A stretch of DNA of 64,000 nt from a virus. The translations under genes and the position numbers were made by a program. The notes under the pieces are model-generated. The model made no database searches, had not been told where the DNA came from, and saw only the letters and a list, made by a program, of their open reading frames with translations. Location: the IMG/VR virus record IMGVR_UViG_3300005264_000040, positions 113,769 through 177,768 of that record. One strand, 5' to 3'. Within the stretch, counting starts at the first letter, position 1. Every line of letters begins with the position of its first letter. This document shows positions 19,454 through 30,000 of the stretch, piece after piece.

Positions 19454-20641
19454 ATGAAAAAACAAACAGTTATATTTTTGAATAAAATGAAGTCTATCAT
19501 GTATAGAGCTTTCAGAAGTTTAAAAAATATTTATAACATAGAAATCACTCAACTTCAAGAAATTCCTAAAGATGAATCAAGGGAATTTACAACTATTTAC
19601 AAATCAGAGGATGCTGAAAAACTTAATGGTACTCCTTACACAGAATTTGCCTTAAAAAATCATAATCATGATGATTTATACTATAAGAAAACAGATACAG
19701 TACAATATGCTAAATATTTGATAGACGAAAATGGGAATCCTATATCACCAACTTCTCTTGCTCCTGTTAATCATATTCACAATGAATATTATAAAAAAGG
19801 GGAAAAAGTAAAATTTTCTTTCAGATTAGGCGGGAAAAAGTTTGAAGATTATGCAACTGCAAGCCACGAACATGAAGGATATGTAGGAATGCAAGAAATA
19901 GTTGATGCTACTTATAAACTTGGAGGACAACCAGGAACAGATTTTGCATTAGCTGAACATTCTCATGCAGATATATATCATTCTGTAGATGACACGGTTA
20001 TGGATGCTGCTGTTCTTGTAGATGCAACAGGGAAGAAATATACTGCAGATTTGTTAGCAAAGAAAGATCATGAGCATGATGATTTATATTATAGAAAAGA
20101 AGAATTTGACAAAATATTTTTGAAGAAAGGAATGCCATTTGGATTCACAGAAAAAGTTAAAGTGACAGTATATGATGTAGATGTTTCTTCAGCATCTATA
20201 CAATTAGAATCAGGTTCTTATGGAACAGATTCTTTGTCACATACATTTTTACAAATACCATCTTTTGCTCCATATGTAAGGCCAGAAGCAACTGCTGTGA
20301 CATCTTCTGTTTCTGGTCCTCACACTTATGATGCGAAAGTTATGTATCTAAAAATGTCTGTCACAGTAGGTAGTTATTCTAGTATTAATCTTCCTTCTTA
20401 TGTATCTAAAATAGTAGGAATAATTGGTTCAAGACAAGGAGTTAATGTAGGTTCTAATAATATTACCGGGTTCCAAAATATAGATACAGGTTATACTCCA
20501 ACTTCAGGAGGATATCAAGCACCTTTATTTATTACATGGACAAATGTTTCTAACCCTAAAAAAGTATTAGTATATGCATATCCTTTTGGTTTAGATTCAG
20601 GTGGTGCATCCTTGGTAGATTTAATTATATTTTATATATAA
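19454..20641 (+). CDS. Tail fibre paralogue with five HxH repeats
   Basis: NHNHDDLYY, NHIH, SHEH, EHSH, DHEHDDLYY. Start moved to ATG 19454 behind an AAAGGAG RBS. Confidence 0.7.
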   Translation: MKKQTVIFLNKMKSIMYRAFRSLKNIYNIEITQLQEIPKDESREFTTIYKSEDAEKLNGTPYTEFALKNHNHDDLYYKKTDTVQYAKYLIDENGNPISPTSLAPVNHIHNEYYKKGEKVKFSFRLGGKKFEDYATASHEHEGYVGMQEIVDATYKLGGQPGTDFALAEHSHADIYHSVDDTVMDAAVLVDATGKKYTADLLAKKDHEHDDLYYRKEEFDKIFLKKGMPFGFTEKVKVTVYDVDVSSASIQLESGSYGTDSLSHTFLQIPSFAPYVRPEATAVTSSVSGPHTYDAKVMYLKMSVTVGSYSSINLPSYVSKIVGIIGSRQGVNVGSNNITGFQNIDTGYTPTSGGYQAPLFITWTNVSNPKKVLVYAYPFGLDSGGASLVDLIIFYI

Positions 20642-20642
20642 A

Positions 20643-20670
20643 GTCTCCCTTACAAAGGGAGACCTTTTTT
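20643..20670. terminator. Intrinsic terminator between convergent genes
   Basis: gtctccctt/aagggagac stem followed by a T-run. Confidence 0.75.
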
Positions 20671-21057
20671 TAATCTATTACAATATCTAAATAAAGAGGC
20701 TTCTGCTATATTTGAAGTTAAAAATAATGTTTCTTCAAAAGCTCCATTAATTTTATTTAATATATTATCCTTATCTTCTATGTAATAGTCATCTCCAAAA
20801 CTCTTTATATACTTTTCGTTTAATAAATCTAAAAATATCTTTTTTAAATCCGATTCGTATTTATCTATATCTTTATCTATTTTTTTTAATAATAATTCTT
20901 TTTCTTTTGCCGATAATTTAAAATGTTTTAATTCATAAGTACTTCTTTCTAAAAGAATTCTTTTTATTATAGGTAATAAAATATCAATTCTTAATTTTCT
21001 ATACGGGGTAGAAGAAAAACGAATAATATTTTTTCCAGCAAAAACTTGTTTCATCAT
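20650..21057 (-). CDS. Hypothetical protein (135 aa)
   Basis: GGAGGTG RBS; no recognised motif. Confidence 0.6.
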   Translation of the reverse strand: MMKQVFAGKNIIRFSSTPYRKLRIDILLPIIKRILLERSTYELKHFKLSAKEKELLLKKIDKDIDKYESDLKKIFLDLLNEKYIKSFGDDYYIEDKDNILNKINGAFEETLFLTSNIAEASLFRYCNRLKKGLPL

Positions 21058-21084
21058 ATTTAAAAGTCACCTCCATTAAAATAA

Positions 21085-21122
21085 AACATCCCGATAAGCT
21101 GGCAGGTACTTATCGGGATGTT
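21085..21122 (-). terminator. 14-bp perfect hairpin, probable terminator
   Basis: aacatcccgataag (21085-21098) / cttatcgggatgtt (21109-21122), T-rich downstream on the minus strand. Confidence 0.7.
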
Positions 21123-21166
21123 CTCACAAGAAAGGAGTGAATTAGGGGATAGGAAAAAGGCACATG

Positions 21167-21490
21167 CTATCTTCTAATTCCGTCACTGTTTTTGTCATTA
21201 ACTTTTATATAAGGTACTCTATCTCTCATTTTATCTTTTTGACTTTTACCTTTATTTCTTATAAACAAAGGTTTTTCAGTTGAATAGTTTTGGAAAGCGT
21301 GTGGTTGTACAATTGTTTTCTTTACAACATTCCCGAACCCAGGAGATGGTTTATCTTTGCCAGCTAATAAAGCTTCTGGTTTTTTCTTATCGTATGTTTG
21401 GCCATAATCATCGTTTAATTCTTCAGCTATTTTCATTAAAGGTGATTTTCTAGGAACAACCTTGCTAATTGCACTTGCTAATTTTTTCAT
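21167..21490 (-). CDS. Small basic protein (107 aa), possible internal head protein
   Basis: GGAGGTG RBS and its own TTAGCA-N16-TGATATAAT promoter; KLAS/KIAE motifs. Confidence 0.6.
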   Translation of the reverse strand: MKKLASAISKVVPRKSPLMKIAEELNDDYGQTYDKKKPEALLAGKDKPSPGFGNVVKKTIVQPHAFQNYSTEKPLFIRNKGKSQKDKMRDRVPYIKVNDKNSDGIRR

Positions 21491-21522
21491 ATGTTGAACA
21501 CCTCCATATTTTCTTTAATATT

Positions 21523-21553
21523 ATTATATCATAAAAAAGTATAAATCTGCTAA
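21523..21553 (-). promoter_or_regulatory. TTAGCA-N16-TGATATAAT promoter
   Basis: attatatca 21523-21531; tgctaa 21548-21553. Confidence 0.75.
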
Positions 21554-22677
21554 CGTTTTTTTGCTATTTTTAAAATCATACTTCTTGTATTATCATCAAG
21601 CGATTTAAACTTATCAAGAGTTAGCCTCTCGACAAATTCATCTCCCATAAGGTTATTTAATGCAGCTTTCTTTTTCATAATTGCATCTCTATTTTCGTAA
21701 TAAGCTCTTTCGATTGGATCAAATTGCCCTTCATACATTCCATATACAACAGTTTCAGGATCTTTTATCATTTCTTTAGCATAGAATGGGTCTAATCCGA
21801 ACTGTTGGTCAAGACTTGCTATTTTTACGACAACATCTTCTGGATGTACTAAATTTCTATTATATACATCTTGGATTACACTTTCATATGCTTTCCATCT
21901 TTCTGGCTCAACAAAATCTTTTCTATCCATAAGATTTCTTTCAAAAGACGGACTAATTCTGTTTAAGTCAGAAGCATATTTTCTTAAAGGATTATCTTCA
22001 GAAATTTCAATACCATATTGAGATGCTTTTTGTTTTATTTTCCTTGCTAATTGAGAACGATATTGTGGTGGTATTTTATTACTGAACTGGGAAAATCTTA
22101 CAATAGCGTTCCTAACATGAGCTTCGTCATTCAATGGGTATTTTCTTATTTTTGTTCCGTCTTTCTTTTTTATTACTAATCCGAATTCAGAATCTGGCAA
22201 AGCATTTCTTTGGTCTGTATTTAATACAGAAGCTGTCTTTTTGAAAGGTTCTAAATCCTCTTTTGTCAAATCTACAATAGGAGTTTCTAAAGGTGTTTCC
22301 TTTGCGTATTTATTAAAAAAACTTTTTATTACTTTTGTGTTTTTATATACATTAGAAGCATATTTTTTCAAAGCCCAACCTAATCTTAAAGCAGCTGATT
22401 TTATGAAATCTTTTGGTAATTTTTCATAAGTATTTTCAAAATAAAATGCAGATAATGATGCTGTATCAGCGTCATAAATAGGGAATCTTCCTACTACAGC
22501 TCCTTTCTCATCCATAAAGCCTATTGCGAAATCATTAATATCATGTTTTTCTACTTCGGATAAAGGTGGAACGTAAGAAGCTGTCTTCTCTAAACTATTT
22601 ACTCCTAATGCTGATTTTAATAATGTCAAACCTGGGTCATCATATTGATCTAAAATTAAGTTTGCTAATTTATACAT
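21550..22677 (-). CDS. Head-associated protein with tandem DUF6582-like domains
   Basis: LNTDQRNALPDSEFGLVIKKKDGTKIRKYPLNDEAHVRNAIVRFSQ matches the DUF6582-type motif as I recall it. A diverged N-terminal copy (NDFAIGF...GRFPIYDADTASLSAFYF) and several KTAS/KYAS motifs are present. Confidence 0.6.
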   Translation of the reverse strand: MYKLANLILDQYDDPGLTLLKSALGVNSLEKTASYVPPLSEVEKHDINDFAIGFMDEKGAVVGRFPIYDADTASLSAFYFENTYEKLPKDFIKSAALRLGWALKKYASNVYKNTKVIKSFFNKYAKETPLETPIVDLTKEDLEPFKKTASVLNTDQRNALPDSEFGLVIKKKDGTKIRKYPLNDEAHVRNAIVRFSQFSNKIPPQYRSQLARKIKQKASQYGIEISEDNPLRKYASDLNRISPSFERNLMDRKDFVEPERWKAYESVIQDVYNRNLVHPEDVVVKIASLDQQFGLDPFYAKEMIKDPETVVYGMYEGQFDPIERAYYENRDAIMKKKAALNNLMGDEFVERLTLDKFKSLDDNTRSMILKIAKKR

Positions 22678-22695
22678 AATATGTCAAACCTCCTC

Positions 22696-23352
22696 TTATA
22701 TTTTTAATGGGATTACTTTTTCAAATGAACCTGAAACTTGTTCTACTATCATTAATGCTCCTACATTATATCCTGTGCTTATTGATTTTATTATTGCATT
22801 TGTATATGAAAACATTGATAATGGTTGTATCTTTGCGTTCTCTATGTCGTAATCAAATTTGATTTGTACTATAGAAAATGGTTTTGTGAAGATAGGATTT
22901 GCAAAATTAAAGTAATCGTCACCAGAACCTGCTGGAATCGCTCCATCATGCAATTCGTCATTATAGTTAGATTCATCCCCGTATATAGCGTGTAATATAT
23001 TATAGGGTGTATATAATCTTGTCAATGAAAAAGAATTGTTTGTATATCCAAAAATTCTTTTTAATTTTGAACTTCCTAAACTTCTAAATTCTACAACATC
23101 TCTCATTTGAGGAGTGGAGAAACTCTGTACTAGACCCAAAAAATACAAATCAACATTTTCTGCTCCTGTATAATATTGTACTACTTTGTTATTATCAACA
23201 TCACGTGGAATAAATAATGCTGTCATATTAGGATTAGAAAGGAACAAATCACCTTTTACAGAACCAGTTAAGAATACCTGTTCAAAACTTTTAAGTTCAT
23301 TACTCCCTCCTTCACGTTTTTGCCATACAATAGGAGGCAATTTAGAAACCAT
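22696..23352 (-). CDS. Tail tube-like protein
   Basis: YFLGLVQSFSTPQMRDVVEFRSLGSS...SFSLTRLY and NAIIKSISTGYNVGALMIVEQVSGSFE give a tube-fold strand pattern as seen in large myoviruses; assignment by recognition only. Confidence 0.55.
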   Translation of the reverse strand: MVSKLPPIVWQKREGGSNELKSFEQVFLTGSVKGDLFLSNPNMTALFIPRDVDNNKVVQYYTGAENVDLYFLGLVQSFSTPQMRDVVEFRSLGSSKLKRIFGYTNNSFSLTRLYTPYNILHAIYGDESNYNDELHDGAIPAGSGDDYFNFANPIFTKPFSIVQIKFDYDIENAKIQPLSMFSYTNAIIKSISTGYNVGALMIVEQVSGSFEKVIPLKI

Positions 23353-23381
23353 CAAAGTCCTCCACCTCCTTCCTGTAATCT

Positions 23382-23412
23382 ATTATAACACAATTCTAAA
23401 AAAGTTTGCTAA
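23382..23412 (-). promoter_or_regulatory. TTAGCA-N16-TGTTATAAT promoter
   Basis: attataaca 23382-23390; tgctaa 23407-23412. Confidence 0.75.
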
Positions 23413-23500
23413 CAGTAAATCAAAAAAGCCTTCCATTTCTGGAAGGCAATGTAATAAGGGGAATGGAGATAAGGCAATGAAAAAGTCATTGGAATTGGTG

Positions 23501-23926
23501 TCAAATTTCATCTTTTAATGTTATTTGGATAAACCCATCTTCATAAGATAAAACTACTGATGTCTGTATATTAAGTTGTTTTGTTAAATCTTTTAATTCT
23601 TCAAGGTTTAAATTCCAACCATTCAATGTGATAGTTTGATTAGGTGGAACTACTATTTCTACGGTACCATCATTTAAAATTAAATTTTCATCAGTAAGAT
23701 TAGTAATATCTAATTTTGAAAAACCACTTTCTTGCCCCTTTAATATTTTTATTAAATGATTGTTTTCAACTACATTTTTTGCTTTCGTATTATCGTTTCC
23801 TATTCTGTTTATTGCATAATCAAGCCTATTTATAATTATATTGTTTTGTATAAGTTTTTCTTCTATGTTGATAGGTGGTTTTATTTTTACTACCTCTGTT
23901 TTTAATGTTTTTTCTGATAGTCCCAT
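23501..23926 (-). CDS. Hypothetical protein (about 141 aa)
   Basis: Start moved to ATG 23926 (AGGTGGAG RBS; TGTTATAAT at 23957-23965). Confidence 0.6.
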   Translation of the reverse strand: MGLSEKTLKTEVVKIKPPINIEEKLIQNNIIINRLDYAINRIGNDNTKAKNVVENNHLIKILKGQESGFSKLDITNLTDENLILNDGTVEIVVPPNQTITLNGWNLNLEELKDLTKQLNIQTSVVLSYEDGFIQITLKDEI

Positions 23927-23991
23927 AGAAGTACTCCACCTTTCTGCTTTTTTTTTATTATAACATATTTTGAATATAAAAATCAATATAA

Positions 23992-24012
23992 GAGGGGATT
24001 TTTCATCCCCTC
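23992..24012 (-). terminator. Intrinsic terminator after the 2.8-kaa fibre gene
   Basis: gaggggat/atcccctc stem. Confidence 0.7.
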
Positions 24013-24018
24013 GTGTTA

Positions 24019-27000
24019 TTATCCTCTGTAATAAGGAATAAGATTATCTCTCATATAAACAATTGTTTCGTTGTCAAAACTATCATTAATTGTTGTAAGG
24101 TCTTCTGTGAATTTAACTTCTAACCAACCAAAATCTGAATGGAATAAATGATTATCATTCATATGGACATCTGTAATGATTGTACTATAATTTGTCATAA
24201 CTTCTTTCCACCAACCATAAACTTTGACTGTTTGTCCAGCTTCTATAAGTAATTTTTTGCCATTGATTGTTAATTCCAATTGAGCGTTAGCGTTGTTCTT
24301 GAATATTGTAACAGATATTGCTGTGTTTGCACCAGAAAGAATACTATCAATTGGTTTATCTGCTTGCATTAATTGTCTTAAGTTTGACATAAATTTGGCA
24401 TTTGTATTTTGCTTATAGAATTGATTCATAAATGCATCTAATCTATTTATCTTTGTATCATTTGTTGCTATGTATGTATCAAGATCCACATCAATTGATT
24501 TTTCTGGTAATTGCTGACATGTAATAAGTTTTTGATGATCTATATCTGCTAATGAATAACCTTCAATTAAAAGTTGTTTAAAACTATTTATATTATTATA
24601 AATATCTAAATCTAAACTGTACTGGCTATAACTTAAAATATCTATGTCGAATATATTAGTATAAATAGAATTTTGTAAAGTTTTGTTGAGTATGATATTT
24701 TCTAATAATTCAAAAGAAAGATTATAAATATCTATATTTTGATGTTCTTCTAAGAAAATAGAATTAATAGAGCTGATAAATTTCGTTGATTCTTCTCCGA
24801 ATACAAATACTTGTGTATCTAAGTACCTGGAAGAAGCTATTGCCAAATTAAATACTATTGATTCTATGTATTTCATTAAAGTGCCATATGATAAGAAGTA
24901 ATTGAATATTGCTTTGTCATATACTGAAGTCTGCTTTATTATGTTGTCAATATCTATTTCCGATTTTAATCCTAAAATATAAGCAGTACTTTCTAATTCT
25001 ATTTGTTTTGTAATGTCAAGTATCATTCCATATACATCGAAATTATTGTTTATTGAAGATTTCTGGAACATTTCTGACACAATATCGGAAATTTTTGCTG
25101 GATTTATTACTATTATGTGAGATTCTATAATATTTTCTGTTTTAGAATATTGTGTATTTTCTGTTTCTACATTTATTGAACTACTTAAACCATAAATGTA
25201 ATTGAATACATCCAATGGATATTCAAGAACTTGTGTTGCTGCAACTATTTCAGCTTCAAATATGTTCGAAATTAATGTGTAATCTAATATATTTATATCA
25301 AATTGACTTTCTAATAAATGAGAAACATACATTTCAGCTTCAGTGCTTAATGTGTATTTGCTCCATTGTAATTCTATTGTGTCAATATCTTGCGTTGTTT
25401 GAATTCCGTAAATATAATGTACTGAATCAAATTCGATGTTTGTTCCCATAAGATGTACTGGTATTGCTTCTATATCAAATTTTTGTCCTATGTAACTGTA
25501 AAGCTCAGATGTTATATCTTGACTTTCTTTACTCCAAATAGAATTATAAATATCACCCGAAATAGAACTCAATATTCCTGCTTGTACTAATTGAAGATTA
25601 ATTCTTACACTTTCATTTGTTTCTGCTTCAATATTTGTATCAAATATTGTTGAATATAAGAGACTTGCATATTCAGTAGATTCAATTGAATTAGTTAATT
25701 CAGTAAATTGAAGCATTTCTGTCTCTATTGTTTTTTCCAAAAGTGAGAATACTGAGTTTGTAACTTCTAAATCCATAGCATCTAATGCTGTATGTATTAA
25801 ATTTTGTACATTAAAAGGAGTTTCTAAACTGTGGGATACATATTCCTTGGCAACTATATCTTTTATTGATGTAATAGCTTGCATGGTAGCATTTTCTATT
25901 TGATTTTTCAAGAGTGTGACATAATAGGATTCAATAAGATTTTGTTGTAATACATATCCATTTATAATAGATTCAAGAATATTGTCAGTATCAGAACTAA
26001 TAAGGTTATTAGCTATTAAATGAACACTTCTTCTAAGATTTTGATACATTTCCAATTCCATGATTTGTTCTGTAATTGTATATTGCAAGAAATCTACATA
26101 TATATCTTTAGTATCTGATAATCCTGTAATTTTAGATTTTGTATCGATAAAGAGATTAAATAATTCATATGAAGTAACTGTTGCATTAAAGAAAATACTA
26201 TATTCAATATTTTGATGCCACAAATCACTACTTTCTATATTTGTTTGTGCTAAAGAATGTTGCAATATTTCATTATCTAACAACAACGAACTGCTTAACC
26301 CAGATACCATTACTGAATTATCTATATTTATATCAGTGTGACTATAAGTTTTCATTTCCGAATATACGCTAAGCAAATATTCTGAGAATTGTTTTGTCAA
26401 AGATTCAAAGTCTAACTTTTCTAAAGTATGCTGCAAAGTTTCTGCTGCTACTTGTAAATCATAAATTGAATATTGTGAATTAAATACATCTACATCTATT
26501 TCAGAACTTAATCCTACATGTAATGTGTAATTTCCAATATAAAGAGAATATTGTTCTGTTGGCATCATCATTACATCAAAAAATTTCGTGTATTCAGAAC
26601 GTTGAAGTGTATTACTATCTTCAACAGTTAAAGGAACATGACCTACCTGCAATGAAATTGTGTCCAGATCATTTTTAAGCTGATTGTATTGGTTCATTAC
26701 CACATCAAAATCTACAAATTCTGAAGAATATAATTTAAGCAATAATGCTACTTCACTAGATTTCATCGAATGTTGTAAAGTATATTCCGTTAATTGATTT
26801 AAAATCTTGGTATATTGGAGCATATCTGCTAAATCTATATTTGAATTTAATAATGAATATTGCAAAGCATTAGTTTGTACTGCTTCTGATAATACTGTTG
26901 TTTGAAGAACTGCAGATTCTGCTAAATTATTAGTTGCGGAATATTGTAATAAAATAACATCTGTATTGAGTTCTTTTATTGATTTTAACCATGTATAATA

Positions 27001-30000
27001 TTCTGTTTCTTTTGTAAGCCATGTAGGATCTCCTACTATTTCTCCAGTAACATCATTTACACCGTCATAAACTTTATAACCATAACCTTCATTAAAGACA
27101 TACGATGCTATTAAGTTAGTTGCATCTGCTGAAGCTGGTTCTACATCTGCTTCCCAAATTTTTAAATCATAAATTTTATCTAAGAAATAGTTATCAGGCA
27201 CATATCCTATTAAGTTGATACTTACAGGTACATCTGTTTCTGCTGTTGTTATATCTATTTCTGTGCCATCAATATATAAATGATATTCTCCATTAATTCT
27301 TTTTACTACTATATCATGCAATCCTACAGCTGGTGCATCATTCAATTGAATAAAGTCATTTTCTTGTGATTGATACTCTTCAGAAGGTGCTGCAGCTTCA
27401 TTCTTTATAGATATTAAACCAGCAGCATTAGCCACAGAATTCCAATAAGCTTTTGCGTAAATTGTGTAATCTTTATTTGTTTTATCAATATTTTCTAAAG
27501 GAACTGTCAAAATATAATCAGAATTAAATTGAATACCTTTGAAAGGTTGGAATGCTTGTACATATGGTCTAATAGCAATTGGCCCGTTATCTGTTGTAGA
27601 ATAAACGGCGTTAATTATTTTAACTGCAGTTGCGTTTTGCGTAATTGCATCCGTTGTAAATATCAATTCATTATTTATATAAAAATTTGTTGAGCCATCA
27701 ATTCTTTGTATTTTAAAAGAAGCCGATTTGTTTATATTAATATCATCATCTGGGAATATATCTACATTTGCTACTACAACGCCATCTGGATTAGTTGAAG
27801 TTACTTTATATACTTTTAATGAATCATAATTTCCATCATTAGAAGCATTATCTTCTGCTACCAGCAAATATTCTGTTCCATCTTTTAGTACAACTCCCAA
27901 ACCTCTTACTGCATCAATTGAATCTGCCCATTCCATTTTAGGTAAATCTAATACAAAATCTTCAGTAAATTCATTGTCAAACTCATATATAATTCCTGCA
28001 TTTGATAAATCGTTATAAGAAGCAGGTTTTTCATCTATTTCTAAGAATGTATTATGATAAATAAGTTTTGCATTTGGCAATTCTTTGAAATATGTATTAA
28101 GAATAGTATCGTAAGCCCAATAATCAATATGCCTTTCATAAGTTGTAAAGGATTTATTTGTGTTAGGTTGAATCCAAAATTCATTTAATCCTGTTGTTAA
28201 ATTTACTGGTCCTATATAAGTAGCATTATCTGTTACAACAGCAGGTACTACTGAACCGTCTGGTTTGACAACTGATATATTTGTCATATCATTAAGATTA
28301 AACCCAAATCTTTCTACGAAGAATTGTTCCGGTATTTTCAACATAACGCTTTCTCTATTAACAGGTGATTCTATTAAATATTTAGCTTTTAAAGGAGTTT
28401 GGATATCTTTGATTTTTCTATCATATTTCAAAGGATAATTTAAAGATTGAACATAAGCATCAATTGGTATTTCTTTGTTGTTATATTGTTTTGTCTGTCC
28501 TTCAACAAAAATAGAGGTTCCTAAATCTGTTGTATTTACAACAATATCAAAGAACTGTCTTGCATTAACTAATGGATAATAGGATAAAGAAATATTATTT
28601 TCTCTAACAGGCATTTGTATTAAATCTGAGAAATCTGTACTGATTTCCAATGATACCGGAACATAAACCCTAACATCAAAAGGCTTTTTTGTATCTGTTG
28701 AAATATTAGTATCTATTCCGTTTAGTTTCATTTTATATTGAGAATAAGTACCATATGCATCATTTTCATAATACAACCAATCGAGAGTGTAATCTTTTGG
28801 ATTTGTTATTGTTTCACTTAAATCATATTTAAACACATATTCGTTGGTATCTGCATCTTTCATTACAAAATACAATATGCCATTTTCTTTTTCAAGACCC
28901 CATAGTAAATCAGTAGCAGTTTCAAATATTTCTATATTTACTGTATCCTCTATTATTTCATCGTTTAGATATATTACAGAAGTATCAATATTACCTCCAT
29001 GACCCGAAGCAAAAAACCATCTAAGACGTTTAGGACTTGCAACTATATTCGTATTTTCTTCATTAGAAAAGGCGAGACCCGCTGCTATACTTAAATATTT
29101 TAATTCAACTAAACTATCTGCTTTATGATGATGTTTGAAATAAAAATAATCTCCATTTTTAAAAGAAACTAAATTTAATTTATTTGAACCTTCGAATTTA
29201 AATGCAGCAGAAATATATTTATCTTCGTCAGAATATATATAATTATTCCATACTGGATGTTCCATTTCAAAAATAGGTTCGTTTTTCCCATTAAACCCTA
29301 TTTCAGTTATTAAAGGTTCAGCATTAGAATTGAAATCTGTTTTCCAATATCCTTCAGTGAAATTAACAAAAGTTTTGTTATGCACTAATAGTGGAGCAAC
29401 TTCCGAAATTTCTTTAGATGTTGATGAATACCCATTCACATTAACATCTAAATTTTGGGTTGTTTGCATTCCTAAAGTATTAATCATTATATCAAAATAT
29501 GGCTCACTTACATGTCTGGTAACTTTTAATGATTGTATTTGATATCTATATAAATAAAAACCATAAGCTAAACGATTAAATCTTAAACCAATATGAGTAA
29601 GTTCAGAAACGCCTTCTGGAATTGTTTGCGTGTGAATCAAAACATCATAAATATAATAATAAGCAATTCTGTTTTCTATTTTTATTTTGAGTTTTAAATG
29701 TTGCCCTGATGGTATTACCGGTAAAGGTTCTCCTGTTTCAGGATTATCTATTTGTCTAAAATCAATTGTTTTAACAACACTATTACCAACAAAAGCTGCA
29801 TAATCGAAACGTCCGTTATACATATAAGGTGAATAAATACCAACACCAATACTTTTATCAAAGTTAAAATTATGATCGTCAGTTTGGTCGAAATATAGCT
29901 GTAACCCATCTTTGAAATAATAAAGGTAGCAGTATGTTCCTTCGTTTTTGAATAAAAGATCTAATTCAATTTCAGTAGAACCATATCTTCTTAAAGATAT

